A DNA stretch of 62,584 bases, filler included, from a bacterium (GTDB taxonomy: Bacteria > JALSQH01), in the NCBI GenBank assembly GCA_027004335.1. It is 9 parts of 9 records of this genome, joined end to end, with 100 filler letters (N's around TTAATTAATTAA, not from the genome) between each part and the next. Parts side by side here need not be neighbours in the genome. Positions count along the whole stretch, not along the records: positions 1 to 8,225 come from JALTID010000179.1; positions 8,326 to 16,485 come from JALTID010000180.1; 7 more parts are not named here. One strand, given 5' to 3'. Below, one piece after another: positions 1 to 9,969 of the stretch. The stretch's first letter is position 1, and each line of letters starts with the position of its first letter. Both the position numbers and the translations under genes were made by a program. The notes under the pieces were generated by a model. That model saw only the letters and a program-made list of their open reading frames with translations, had not been told where the DNA came from and searched no databases.

Positions 1-82
1 AAATTAGGTTCCGTGACCCCCTCTTGCCTTTTTTCCTGAAAACTGTATATTTAATTTAAACTCTGGAGGGCTATCCGGTTAG

Positions 83-1177
83 GTGGATAGGAAAGATTTA
101 GATAATTTGCGTTTCCGTATAAATGAAATAGATGAGGAGATCCTCAGGCTTCTTCATCAGAGAATTGAATTAGCGCGAAAAATAGGTGAGTTAAAGCATT
201 CTCTAGGGCTTCCTGTTTTCGATTCTGTTAGAGAAAAAGAGGTTATTAAGAAGGTCCTTGAGAAGAATAAAGATCTTTTCCCTCAAAAAAGCATTGAATA
301 TATATTCCGTGAAATAATTGCCGCCTGTAGAACCTCCGAGGAAAAAATAAAGGTTTCTTTCCTGGGACCTCCAGGTACATTCACCCACATTGCAGGGATA
401 AGATTTTTTGGCAATCATGTGAATTTTGTTCCTCATGAGGATATTGGTGAGATCTTTGAGGATGTTTCCAAGGGCAGAGCAGAGTATGGGATTGTACCTG
501 TGGAGAATTCTCTTCAGGGAACAGTAACCTATGTCCTTGACCTTTTTATGGAATATCAGGTTAAAATTATCGGTGAAATTTATATGGATATTGAGCACAG
601 TGTATACTCACTTGAGGATGATTTTTCCAGAATTACTGTGCTTTTCTCTCATCCTCAGGCTATAGCTCAATGCAGGGGCTGGATTAAGAAGAACCTCCCT
701 GATGTGAAGATAGTTGAGACAGTAAGTACTGCCGAAGCCGCACATAAGACTTCAGAAACACCGGGCTCAGCTGCGATATGTACAGGCTGGGCAGGTACTA
801 TTTATGGTTTGAAATTACTTGAAAAGGGGATTCAGGATAACCCTGTTAATGTTACCAGATTTTTTATTCTCAGCAGAGAGGAATATCCCTATCAGGAGGG
901 TGTTAAGTATAAAACTTCAATAAATATGATATTGAAAGATGAACCGGGCTCTCTATTCAATGCCCTTTCTCCTTTTGCTTTGTATAAAGTTAATATGACC
1001 AAAATAGAATCCCGCCCTTTGAGGGGAAAGGAATGGGAGTATATTTTTTTCATTGATCTTGAGGGTCATCACCGGGAGGAGAGGGTGGAAAGAACCATTG
1101 AAGAGGTAAAAAAACACACAGTTTCTCTTGAAATACTTGGATCATACCCCGTGGGAATGGAGGCAAAAAATGAATAA
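83..1177 (+). CDS. pheA: Bifunctional chorismate mutase/prephenate dehydratase (P-protein)
   Basis: N-terminal AroQ (LRFRINEIDEEI), PDT motifs FLGPPGTFT, VPVENS, SHPQA, TRFF, ACT-domain IESRP; GTG start with GGAGG upstream. Confidence 0.95.
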   Translation: MDRKDLDNLRFRINEIDEEILRLLHQRIELARKIGELKHSLGLPVFDSVREKEVIKKVLEKNKDLFPQKSIEYIFREIIAACRTSEEKIKVSFLGPPGTFTHIAGIRFFGNHVNFVPHEDIGEIFEDVSKGRAEYGIVPVENSLQGTVTYVLDLFMEYQVKIIGEIYMDIEHSVYSLEDDFSRITVLFSHPQAIAQCRGWIKKNLPDVKIVETVSTAEAAHKTSETPGSAAICTGWAGTIYGLKLLEKGIQDNPVNVTRFFILSREEYPYQEGVKYKTSINMILKDEPGSLFNALSPFALYKVNMTKIESRPLRGKEWEYIFFIDLEGHHREERVERTIEEVKKHTVSLEILGSYPVGMEAKNE

Positions 1178-2261
1178 GATACCGGTGCCAGAACATATCA
1201 AGAAACTTGTTCCATATCCTCCTGGAAAACCCATTGAAGAACTCAAAAGAGAACTTGGAATTGATAAAATTATAAAGTTGGCATCCAATGAGAACCCCCT
1301 TGGACCTTCTCCGAAGGCTCTGGAAGCCATGAAAAAGGCCGTGGAGAAGGTCAACAGGTATCCTGATGGGAGCGCTTTTTACCTTAAGGAAAAGCTTTCC
1401 AGTAAATTAAGGGTAAAGCAGGATAATTTAATTCTTGGTAATGGTTCCAATGAGATCATTGAGCTTGTATTTAGAACCTTCTATCAGCCCGGTGATAATG
1501 TGGTTTCTGCTGAAATAACCTTCGCAGTTTATCCCATAATTGCCCAGGCCATCGGGGCAGAATACAGGGCTGCCCCCATGAAGGATCTCCGTTATGATGT
1601 GGAAAGGTTAAAGGAACTGGTGGATGACAGAACCAGACTTGTTTTTATCTCAAATCCCAATAATCCCACAGGAACCTATATAACTACAGAGGAGTTTGAG
1701 TTTCTTATAAAAAGCGTTCCAGAAACAACTCTTGTTATCCTTGATGAGGCTTATTTTGAGTTTGTTGATAGAAAAGATTATCCAGATGGGCTTAAATTTT
1801 TTGAAAAATATCCCAATCTCCTTGTAATGCGAACCTTTTCAAAGACCTATGGTCTTGCCGGCCTCAGGATAGGTTACGGGGTTGGCTCAGGGGATGTGGT
1901 AGATTATCTTAACCGTGTAAGACAGCCCTTTAATGTTAATCTCGTGGCACAGGAAGCGGCTCTTGCCGCGCTGGATGATGAAGAGTATGTGGAAAAGGTG
2001 AAAACTCTTACTCATAACAGCCTGAAATGGTTCTATTCAGAGGTTGAAAAGATGGGTCTTGAATATGTTCCATCTGTTACCAATTTTTTTCTCATAAAAG
2101 TTGGTGAAGGGAAAAAAGTGTTTGAGGAGCTACTGAAAAAGGGTGTTATTGTCAGGTCCATGGACGGATATAAGCTTCCTGAATATATAAGGGTCAATAT
2201 TGGTACCGAAGAGGAAAATGAATTTTTTATAAGATCCCTCAGGGAAGTTTTAGGTAAGTAA
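1170..2261 (+). CDS. hisC: Histidinol-phosphate/aromatic aminotransferase
   Basis: KLASNENPLGPSP, NPNNPTG, DEAY, RTFSKTYGLAGLRIGY (PLP lysine); start moved to ATG 1170 behind GGAGG. Confidence 0.93.
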   Translation: MNKIPVPEHIKKLVPYPPGKPIEELKRELGIDKIIKLASNENPLGPSPKALEAMKKAVEKVNRYPDGSAFYLKEKLSSKLRVKQDNLILGNGSNEIIELVFRTFYQPGDNVVSAEITFAVYPIIAQAIGAEYRAAPMKDLRYDVERLKELVDDRTRLVFISNPNNPTGTYITTEEFEFLIKSVPETTLVILDEAYFEFVDRKDYPDGLKFFEKYPNLLVMRTFSKTYGLAGLRIGYGVGSGDVVDYLNRVRQPFNVNLVAQEAALAALDDEEYVEKVKTLTHNSLKWFYSEVEKMGLEYVPSVTNFFLIKVGEGKKVFEELLKKGVIVRSMDGYKLPEYIRVNIGTEEENEFFIRSLREVLGK

Positions 2262-3103
2262 TGGATATAACAATTATTGGTCTTGGTCTCATTGGTGGTT
2301 CTCTTGGTCTTGCTTTAAAGAGCAGAGGCTGGGAGGGGAAGATTAAAGGATTTGATGAGAATCCCTCGCATATGGATGAAGCTCTTTCCCTGGAGCTTGT
2401 AGATGAGATCTGTCAATCCCTTGATGATGCCCTTGAAGGAAGCGATATTGCTGTTGTCGCAGTTCCTGTTAAAGCTATCCCGGATATTGTTGTCCATATT
2501 GCTGACAATTTTAAAAATATAATTATTACTGATGTGGGAAGCGTGAAGAAGTATATTCTTGATGAAATTTCAAAAAAAATAGGGAATCGTTACATAAAAT
2601 TCATTCCCGGCCATCCAATTGCTGGCACCGAAAAGTCTGGACCTTCAGCAGCTCTATCTGACCTCTTTGTGGATAGAAGAGTTGTCCTGTGTGATAACAG
2701 ATTTGAAGAAATCCGAAGGATGTGGGAATTTGTGGGGGCAAAGGTGGAGTATCTTGATCCAGAGACCCACGATAAGATCTTCGGTGCTGTAAGCCACCTT
2801 CCTCATCTAGTTGCCTATGCTCTGGTTGATGCAATAAGCATGATGGAAGAGGAGGAGGATGCCTTTTTCAGGTTTGTTGCTTCAGGTTTCAGGGATTTCA
2901 CAAGGATAGCTTCCAGTGATCCCGTTATGTGGAGGGATATTTTTTTAACAAATAAAAAATCTATACTTCAAAGTCTTATTTTCTTCAGAAATGCCATAGA
3001 TAAACTTGAAGCCCAGATCATAATGGAGGATGAGGAAAATCTTGAAAAGCAACTGGCAAAGGCAAAGGAGACAAGAGACAGGGCTATAAGCAGGATGAAA
3101 TGA
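2261..3103 (+). CDS. tyrA: Prephenate/arogenate dehydrogenase
   Basis: IIGLGLIGGS, DVGSVK, GHPIAGTE, SHLPH, GFRDFTRIASSDP. Confidence 0.92.
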   Translation: MDITIIGLGLIGGSLGLALKSRGWEGKIKGFDENPSHMDEALSLELVDEICQSLDDALEGSDIAVVAVPVKAIPDIVVHIADNFKNIIITDVGSVKKYILDEISKKIGNRYIKFIPGHPIAGTEKSGPSAALSDLFVDRRVVLCDNRFEEIRRMWEFVGAKVEYLDPETHDKIFGAVSHLPHLVAYALVDAISMMEEEEDAFFRFVASGFRDFTRIASSDPVMWRDIFLTNKKSILQSLIFFRNAIDKLEAQIIMEDEENLEKQLAKAKETRDRAISRMK

Positions 3104-4392
3104 GTGCGCAGAGTTTTTCTTTTAAAGGTATCCCAAGAGGTGAATTAACTCTTCCCGGTGATAAATCAATTTCCCACCGGGTTTTAATAATAGGGAGTGT
3201 GTGTGAAAATTCCTTCAGGGTTAAAAATTTTTCATGGGGTAAAGATAATCTTTCCACTCTAAATATAATGAGATCCCTCGGGGTAAAGATAGAGGAATAT
3301 CTGGAGGAGTTGGTAATAAATGGTGTGGGCCTGGATGGCCTTGAGGAACCCTCTGGTGTATTGAATGCTGGGAATTCAGGAACAACTATCAGACTACTCA
3401 CAGGACTCTTGAGTTCACAGAATTTCTACTCGGTAATAACTGGTGATAAATATCTGAGGAAACGTCCTATGGGCAGAGTTGTTAAGCCCCTGAAAAGTAG
3501 AGGAGCTATGATCTGGGGCAGAGAAAATGATAATCTTGCTCCACTTTCTATCAGAGGCAGAGAACTTGAATCTTTTGACTACAAGATGAAAATAAGCTCT
3601 GCCCAGGTAAAATCTGCCATTCTGCTTTCAGGTTTAAGAGCAAAAGGGGGAACTTCTGTAACGGAGATCGCCCCAGCCCGGGATCATACTGAGAGGATGC
3701 TGAAATTCTTTGGTGCTGATATTGAATTTTCCTATCCTCATATTAGGATGACCCCATATCCTCATCTTAAGGGCAGGGATATAATCATACCTGGAGATCT
3801 CTCTTCAGCATCTTTTTTTATTGTTCTTGGATTGCTTATACCCCATTCTGAAATAATTATCAAAGATGTGCTGTTGAATCCCACAAGAACAGGGGTGATT
3901 GAGATTTTAAGAGAGATGGGGGCGAATATTGAGGTTCTGAATTATTCTGAGGAATGGGAACCACGGGGTGATCTTGCTGTTAGATATTCTAAATTGAAAA
4001 ATGTAGAGATTTCTGGAGAAAAGGTTGTAAAAGCCATTGATGAGATCCCCATCCTTGCCGTGGCAGGAACTTTTGCTGAGGGTGAGATGGTGGTAAGAGA
4101 TGCTTCTGAACTCAGGGTCAAGGAGAGTGACAGGATAAGATCTATTGTAGAAAATATGAGAAAACTTGGTATTAAAGTTGAAGAATTTTCAGATGGCTTC
4201 AGAATAGCAGGTAATATATTGAGTAAAAAGGGGAAAGTCAGGATCTCTTCATACGGGGATCATCGGATAGCCATGGCTTTTGCCGTCCTCGGTTCAGCAG
4301 TGGAGGGTCTTGAAATGGAGATAGATGATTTTGAGATGGTGGATATATCGTTCCCGCAGTTCAGAAAATTTCTGGAGGGGCTTTATCTATGA
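3100..4392 (+). CDS. aroA: EPSP synthase (class II)
   Basis: PGDKSISHR, GNSGTT, SAQVKS, RDHTE, ELRVKESDR, DHRIAM. Confidence 0.96.
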   Translation: MSAQSFSFKGIPRGELTLPGDKSISHRVLIIGSVCENSFRVKNFSWGKDNLSTLNIMRSLGVKIEEYLEELVINGVGLDGLEEPSGVLNAGNSGTTIRLLTGLLSSQNFYSVITGDKYLRKRPMGRVVKPLKSRGAMIWGRENDNLAPLSIRGRELESFDYKMKISSAQVKSAILLSGLRAKGGTSVTEIAPARDHTERMLKFFGADIEFSYPHIRMTPYPHLKGRDIIIPGDLSSASFFIVLGLLIPHSEIIIKDVLLNPTRTGVIEILREMGANIEVLNYSEEWEPRGDLAVRYSKLKNVEISGEKVVKAIDEIPILAVAGTFAEGEMVVRDASELRVKESDRIRSIVENMRKLGIKVEEFSDGFRIAGNILSKKGKVRISSYGDHRIAMAFAVLGSAVEGLEMEIDDFEMVDISFPQFRKFLEGLYL

Positions 4393-5063
4393 GAAGAAAA
4401 TTGATCATTGCCATTGATGGTCCTGCAGGTGCGGGTAAAAGCACCGTGAGCAAACTCATAGCCAGAAGGTTAGGGATACCATATATCAACACCGGTGCTA
4501 TGTATCGTGCTGCAGGATTGAAAGCTATGAGAAATAACATACCGCTTTCTGATACTTTCAGTATAAAAGAGATGCTGGCTAATACAGATATAAGCTTTGA
4601 AGAAAAAGGTGAGAGGTTGTTCCTTGATGGAGAGGATGTTACAGATGATCTCTACACCCCTGAAGCTGGTAAGATGGCCTCCGATATCTCTACATTACCG
4701 GTGGTTAGAGAGGCTCTTGTAAGATTACAGAGGAAGATCGGTAAGGAACAGGGAGGGGTGTTGGAGGGTAGGGATATTGGTACGGTGGTCTTCCCCGATG
4801 CTGATTACAAATTTTTTGTAACAGCATCAGTGGAGGAGAGAGCAAGAAGGAGGTGGAGCGAACTGAAGAAAAAGGGAATTGATGTTTCTCTGGAGGATAT
4901 TATTGAAGATGTTAAATACAGAGATGAACAGGATTCCACAAGAGAAGTAGCACCCCTGAGAAAGGCGGATGATGCCATTGAAATAGATACCACTGATCTT
5001 TCTATTGAAGAAGTTGTGGATAAAATTCTTGGTTATATAGAGGAGGGAGAAGGTGAAATATAA
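4389..5063 (+). CDS. cmk: Cytidylate kinase
   Basis: IAIDGPAGAGKST, TGAMYR, EGRDIGTVVFPDA. Confidence 0.96.
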   Translation: MRRKLIIAIDGPAGAGKSTVSKLIARRLGIPYINTGAMYRAAGLKAMRNNIPLSDTFSIKEMLANTDISFEEKGERLFLDGEDVTDDLYTPEAGKMASDISTLPVVREALVRLQRKIGKEQGGVLEGRDIGTVVFPDADYKFFVTASVEERARRRWSELKKKGIDVSLEDIIEDVKYRDEQDSTREVAPLRKADDAIEIDTTDLSIEEVVDKILGYIEEGEGEI

Positions 5064-5910
5064 GCGAGAGGTATATCTTGCTGATTATGCTGGATTTTGT
5101 TTCGGAGTAATAAGAATAGCTAAGATAATTGAGGAAACTCTTGCTGGTGGTGGTGAAGTTTATGCTCTTGGAGAGCCCATTCACAATCCCATAAAAGTTG
5201 GAGAGTGGAAAAAGAAAGGCTTAAAAGTTGTAAGCAGAGCGGAGGATGTGAGATCGGGTTCCACAGTAATTGTCAGAGCCCATGGGGTTCCCCTCAGCGA
5301 ATGGAAGATACTTGAAAGTAAAGATGTGAAAATCCTTGATGGTACCTGCCCTTTAGTTAGAAAAGTTTATGATAAAGCTGATTTTCTTTTAAGGAATGGA
5401 TATTTTGTAATAATTGCGGGAGACCCTTCACATCCTGAAGTAAAAGCAGAAGCAAGCTTCCTTCCAGAGGGAAAATTTAAAATTTTTACAGGAAAAAACA
5501 GTGATATCCCGGATGATAATTTTCGCAGAAATTACAAGAAGATAGGTGTCGTAGCACAGACTACTCTCTCGGATCAACTCCTGAAAAATGTGGTAATTCC
5601 TTTAATTGGTGTTGAAGAATTGCTGGTTTTTAATACAATATGTTATGAGACTCACAGGAGGCAGGAGAGCGCAAAAAATCTTGCATCGAGAGTGGACTTA
5701 ATGATTATTATTGGCGGGAAGAACAGTTCCAATACTACAAAGCTCTATCAGATTTGCAGAGAGATTGTTGATTCATACCATATAGAATCTGCTGACGAAT
5801 TAAATCCGGAGTGGTTTCTGGGGAAGAAAAAAGTCGGTATCACTGCAGGTGCATCCACTCCCGACGAAGTAATTAAGGATGTCATCAACTGGATAGAAAC
5901 TCTTTCGTGA
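5053..5910 (+). CDS. ispH: 4-hydroxy-3-methylbut-2-enyl diphosphate reductase
   Basis: AGFCFGV, IHN, RAHGV, DGTCPLV, TICYET, SSNT, TAGASTP. Confidence 0.95.
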   Translation: MKYKREVYLADYAGFCFGVIRIAKIIEETLAGGGEVYALGEPIHNPIKVGEWKKKGLKVVSRAEDVRSGSTVIVRAHGVPLSEWKILESKDVKILDGTCPLVRKVYDKADFLLRNGYFVIIAGDPSHPEVKAEASFLPEGKFKIFTGKNSDIPDDNFRRNYKKIGVVAQTTLSDQLLKNVVIPLIGVEELLVFNTICYETHRRQESAKNLASRVDLMIIIGGKNSSNTTKLYQICREIVDSYHIESADELNPEWFLGKKKVGITAGASTPDEVIKDVINWIETLS

Positions 5911-5923
5911 AAGGAGATAGGCC

Positions 5924-7684
5924 ATGGAGAAGAAAAAGGATGAGGAGCATATGGATGAAGTAAAAGCGGTTGAAGAAGAAGATTTTGATTTTGCTAAAAT
6001 GCTTGAACAGATTGTCACGCAATTTTCAGAGGGAAATGTTGTAACAGGTCGTGTTATTCGTGTTGAGAAAGATACTATTTTTGTAGATATAGGATATAAG
6101 TCGGAGGGTATTGTTCCTGCTTCCGAATTCCGTCTTCCTGATGGAACTATGAGAGTTGAAGAGGGTGATGAAATTGATGTTTATCTTGAACAGTTAGAAA
6201 CCCGTGATGGCCTTGTAAGACTTTCATGGGATAAAGCTGAAAAGATGAAGAGATGGGACGAAATTGAAAAAACCTCTGAAAACGGCGGAACAATGAAGGG
6301 CCTCATTGTTTCCACAGTCAAGGGTGGATTTACTGTAGATTTAGGTGGTATCAAAGCCTTTCTTCCCGCCTCACAGGCTGATGTAAAACCAATCAGGGAT
6401 CTAAGATCTCTTGTAGGCAAAGAATTTGATTTTAAAATTCTCAAACATAATAAGGTAAGAAGCAACATCGTGGTATCAAGGAGAGCTGTTCTGGAAGAGG
6501 AGAGAGAAAAAAAGAAAAAGGAATTGCTGGCAACCCTTAAAGAGGGGGATATTGTTGAGGGAATTGTAAAGAATGTTGTGGATTTTGGAATATTTGTTGA
6601 TCTTGGGGGGCTTGATGGGATGGTCCATGTGGGAGATGTAAGCTGGGGGAGAATTCCCGATATAAATGGAGCATATAAAATAGGTGATAAAGTAAAGGTT
6701 AAAATTCTAAGTCTTGATAGAGAAAAGGAGAGAGCACAGCTCAGTATAAAGCATCTTACCGAAGATCCATGGCTGAAAATTGAGGAGAAATTTCCTGTTG
6801 CCGAGGATTTTGAAGGTAAGGTGATAAGTGTCACAGATAATGGTGTAAGGGTAGAATTGGCTTATGGAATAGAAGGTTTTGTCCCCAAGGAGGAGGTTAG
6901 CTGGTCCAGGGATGTAAGAAACCCCAGTCAGGTTGTTCAGATTGGTCAGAGTGTTAAGGTGAAGGTGCTGGATTACAGAAAGAGTAGAAGAGAACTCTTC
7001 CTGAGTATAAGACAGGCAAAACCCAATCCATGGGATACTCTTACAGAAGTCTACAGTGTTGGAGACAAAGTTCATGGGAAGATCACAGGTTTTTTAGAAA
7101 ATGGAAACGGCATGTTTGTAGAAGTCCTGGAAGGGGTTGAGGGGCTTGTCAGAATAGGAGATGTTTCGTGGACTGAAAGGGTAGCCAATCTTAAAGACAG
7201 ATACAGGAGAGGCCAGGAGGTAGAGGTTAAGATTCTTTCCATAGATAAAGAAAACAGAAAGCTTTCCCTGGGGATCAAGCAACTTAGTGAAGATCCAGTG
7301 GCTAATTTCATTGATGAGCACAACAGAGGCGATGTGGTGGGGGGTAGAGTAACAAGAGTTACTAATTTTGGTGTTTTTGTTGAGCTCATGCCGGGTGTCG
7401 AGGCTCTCTTAAGAAGAGGAGAGGCGGATCTGGATGCAGGGGAGAAATTAGAGGATAAATTTAAACCTGAGGATGAAATCAGGGCAATGATTGTTTCTCT
7501 CAGCAAGGATGAGAGAAAAATAGGACTAAGTGTTAAAAAACTTACGGAAAAAGAAGAGGAGGAGGAACTGAAAAAATTCTCCGGGGGAGAAGAGACAAAA
7601 ATAGTTTTGGGGGATGTCCTGAAAAAAAGTATCAGTGTTGAAGAAGATTCTGAGGAAGAGCAGGAAAAAAGTGAAGAAGAATGA
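5924..7684 (+). CDS. rpsA: 30S ribosomal protein S1
   Basis: Six S1 repeats, DIGYKSEG, AFLPASQ; position after cmk-ispH. Confidence 0.95.
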   Translation: MEKKKDEEHMDEVKAVEEEDFDFAKMLEQIVTQFSEGNVVTGRVIRVEKDTIFVDIGYKSEGIVPASEFRLPDGTMRVEEGDEIDVYLEQLETRDGLVRLSWDKAEKMKRWDEIEKTSENGGTMKGLIVSTVKGGFTVDLGGIKAFLPASQADVKPIRDLRSLVGKEFDFKILKHNKVRSNIVVSRRAVLEEEREKKKKELLATLKEGDIVEGIVKNVVDFGIFVDLGGLDGMVHVGDVSWGRIPDINGAYKIGDKVKVKILSLDREKERAQLSIKHLTEDPWLKIEEKFPVAEDFEGKVISVTDNGVRVELAYGIEGFVPKEEVSWSRDVRNPSQVVQIGQSVKVKVLDYRKSRRELFLSIRQAKPNPWDTLTEVYSVGDKVHGKITGFLENGNGMFVEVLEGVEGLVRIGDVSWTERVANLKDRYRRGQEVEVKILSIDKENRKLSLGIKQLSEDPVANFIDEHNRGDVVGGRVTRVTNFGVFVELMPGVEALLRRGEADLDAGEKLEDKFKPEDEIRAMIVSLSKDERKIGLSVKKLTEKEEEEELKKFSGGEETKIVLGDVLKKSISVEEDSEEEQEKSEEE

Positions 7685-8225
7685 TAGAAGTCTGGGGAAT
7701 TTTCCTTATTTCTGCCCTCTTAGTTGTCTGGGGAGGAATTTCTCTCACTTCAAAAGTTGATTATATTGCAGAAAAAAGGGGATTATCAAAAGGGTGGCTT
7801 GGTTTTATTTTACTTGCATCAATAACCTCTCTGCCTGAATTTATAACCACCATATATTCTGCGGCCTTTCTCCATGTTGATAACCAGGCCATCGGCAATG
7901 TTTTTGGAAGTAATCTTTTTAATGTTTTAATTTTCGTAATTATTTCTTTCTCTGCTACCACTGCTGCTGTTCATGTTGAGGGGAAACTGGAAAATTCTGT
8001 TAGTAACCTTCTTGCGGGTCTTTTCTACATTTTTATTACAGCTTCGCTTCTCTTTTTGCTGGTGTTTGAAAAAAATATTTCTGGAAATATCACCTTCCTG
8101 AAAATAGATATCCTGAGCTGGTTCATTTTTATTTTTTACCCCTTTGCGGCTTACTATGTCTGGAAAAATTCCTCTTCTGGTAAAAAGGAGGTCGAGAAAG
8201 AGGAAGTTTCCTCAAAGGTGTACTG
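7681..8225 (+). CDS. Sodium:calcium antiporter family membrane protein (3' truncated by contig end)
   Basis: Alpha-repeat motifs ASITSLPE and GNVFGSNLFN; multiple hydrophobic segments. Confidence 0.8.
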
Positions 8226-8325
8226 NNNNNNNNNNNNNNNNNNNNNNNNNNNNNNNNNNNNNNNNNNNNTTAATTAATTAANNNNNNNNNNNNNNNNNNN
8301 NNNNNNNNNNNNNNNNNNNNNNNNN
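8226..8325. other. Artificial contig linker
   Basis: 44 N + TTAATTAATTAA (stops in all six frames) + 44 N. Confidence 0.99.
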
Positions 8326-8557
8326 ACTTTTTTTTTTTTTTTTTAAACAAAAAATCGTAATTAAAAAACAACCCTATGAAATTAAAAATAACAACTACGA
8401 TTGCAACAATACCTTCCCAGATGAGAGAAACAAAGATGAAGGGGTCAAAAGATTCTCTGCCCTTTGCGTTCATTCTCTCATACTGATTCACAAGAAATGT
8501 TAAAAGCAGGAAGAAAATATAAAGGCAGAAAAGAAATCCCCAGAAATTCATATCCAC
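8326..8557 (-). CDS. Small hydrophobic hypothetical protein (3' truncated)
   Basis: Two hydrophobic stretches; GGAG upstream of ATG 8551; runs into a homopolymer at the contig end. Confidence 0.4.
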
Positions 8558-8681
8558 TCCACTTTTTGAATAATATTACAAGAATTTTAAAATAGATTCA
8601 AAAGAAAAAAGGGAAATATCCCTTTCCTATTTGATTAAAATTATTTTGAATCTAAATTTATCCAAACAAAAAAGAATATAC

Positions 8682-8710
8682 TTGTCAAGTTTTTTTCAAA
8701 ATGCTATAAT
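8682..8710 (+). promoter_or_regulatory. Sigma70-type promoter of fur/perR
   Basis: TTGTCA-17 nt-TATAAT with TG extended -10. Confidence 0.75.
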
Positions 8711-8739
8711 AAATTAAACTCATGTTAAGGAGGGAGAAA

Positions 8740-9168
8740 ATGACTTTTGAAGAGGCAGTGAAAAAATTAAAAGAATCGGGAAATATTATTTCCATGCCCA
8801 GAATGACAATACTGCGATATGTACTAAACAACAAAACACATCATACTGCTGAAAGTATCTACGAAGCCTTAAAAAGTGAGTATCCCAACATCTCTATTGC
8901 CACAATCTATAACACTATGAAATTATTTGCAGAAAAAGGAATAGTAAAACAACTTATGATTGACGAGGGAAAAGTCTACTATGATTCAAACACCTACCCC
9001 CACTATCATTTCAAGTGCAAGATATGTGGTAAGATATATGATGTCGAAATACCAGCATGCTCCGAACTAAACAACATGAAAGAAATAGATGGCCATCAAA
9101 TAGATGAAGCACATATATATTTCTACGGCATCTGTAAAGATTGCCTGAATAAAGAAAAATCAGGGTAG
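8740..9168 (+). CDS. Fur family regulator, PerR-like
   Basis: HHTAESIY, SIATIYNT, YD..TYPHYHFKCKIC, C-terminal CKDC; AGGAGG before ATG 8740. Confidence 0.9.
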   Translation: MTFEEAVKKLKESGNIISMPRMTILRYVLNNKTHHTAESIYEALKSEYPNISIATIYNTMKLFAEKGIVKQLMIDEGKVYYDSNTYPHYHFKCKICGKIYDVEIPACSELNNMKEIDGHQIDEAHIYFYGICKDCLNKEKSG

Positions 9169-9969
9169 ATATTTAAGAGGATCAACTGGCCGTGTTCCAA
9201 TCCTTATTTCAAAATGAAGATGAGGACCTGTGGCATTGCCTGTTTTCCCTACACGAGCAATTATCTCTCCCTTCTTTACTCTCTGGCCTTTTTTAACAAG
9301 ATTTACTTTATTATGAGCATAAACAGTGAAAATTCTTGGACCATGTTTTATCACTATCATATTCCCATATCCTCTTAAACCATTACTGCTGTAAATTACA
9401 ATCCCAGACGCAGATGCTTTCACCGGGGTTCCCTCTGGAGCTGCGATATCTATTCCATCATGATGCCTAGCACCTCTCCATCCAAATTTTGAAACAACCT
9501 TACCTTTTAGAGGCCAGAAAAATTTAGGGAGTTGAAGCACTGAAGCATGAGCCTTTTTCTCTGTTTCTTGTTTCTTACCGGGAGAAGGAACCCTTTCTTC
9601 TATTTGAGAGCTCCTACTTTTTTTAAAATAATTTTTTTTCTTTTCCACCCTATAAATTGGGCGTTCCTTTCCCTTGAGATTTTTCTCTTTTACATTTCTG
9701 CAAGAATATCTCTCTTCCCATGGTAGAGTTGTTGAAGGTACATATCTCTGATTTATTGCACCAGGAATAAAAATTTTATCCCCGGGTTTTATCTTTGTTG
9801 GATCTTTAATATTATTGATCTCCATCACCTTATACAGCTCAACATTATATGCCTTAGCAATAGAATAAAGAGTTTGACCAGGTTTAACAATATGATAAAT
9901 ACCACGAGGAGTGAAACAACTACTAAACAAAAGAACAATTCCTAACAACAAAAAATTTTTCTTTCTCAT
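9160..9969 (-). CDS. nlpD: LysM + M23 peptidase lipoprotein (NlpD-like)
   Basis: Lipobox FSSC, LysM (HIVKPGQTLYSIA), M23 motifs HDGID and HLH intact; surE-yqaA-nlpD context. Confidence 0.85.
   Translation of the reverse strand: MRKKNFLLLGIVLLFSSCFTPRGIYHIVKPGQTLYSIAKAYNVELYKVMEINNIKDPTKIKPGDKIFIPGAINQRYVPSTTLPWEERYSCRNVKEKNLKGKERPIYRVEKKKNYFKKSRSSQIEERVPSPGKKQETEKKAHASVLQLPKFFWPLKGKVVSKFGWRGARHHDGIDIAAPEGTPVKASASGIVIYSSNGLRGYGNMIVIKHGPRIFTVYAHNKVNLVKKGQRVKKGEIIARVGKTGNATGPHLHFEIRIGTRPVDPLKYLP

Noticed and set aside
6181..7506. Long antisense ORFs (217 aa and 144 aa) opposite rpsA, and similar ones opposite pheT, pyrB, pyrC, secA and the ACAD
   Set aside because: Shadow ORFs caused by codon bias of the real genes; Ser/Pro/Phe-rich with no motifs.
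83..7684. pheA-hisC-tyrA-aroA-cmk-ispH-rpsA cluster as a novelty
   Set aside because: A well-known conserved supraoperon arrangement.
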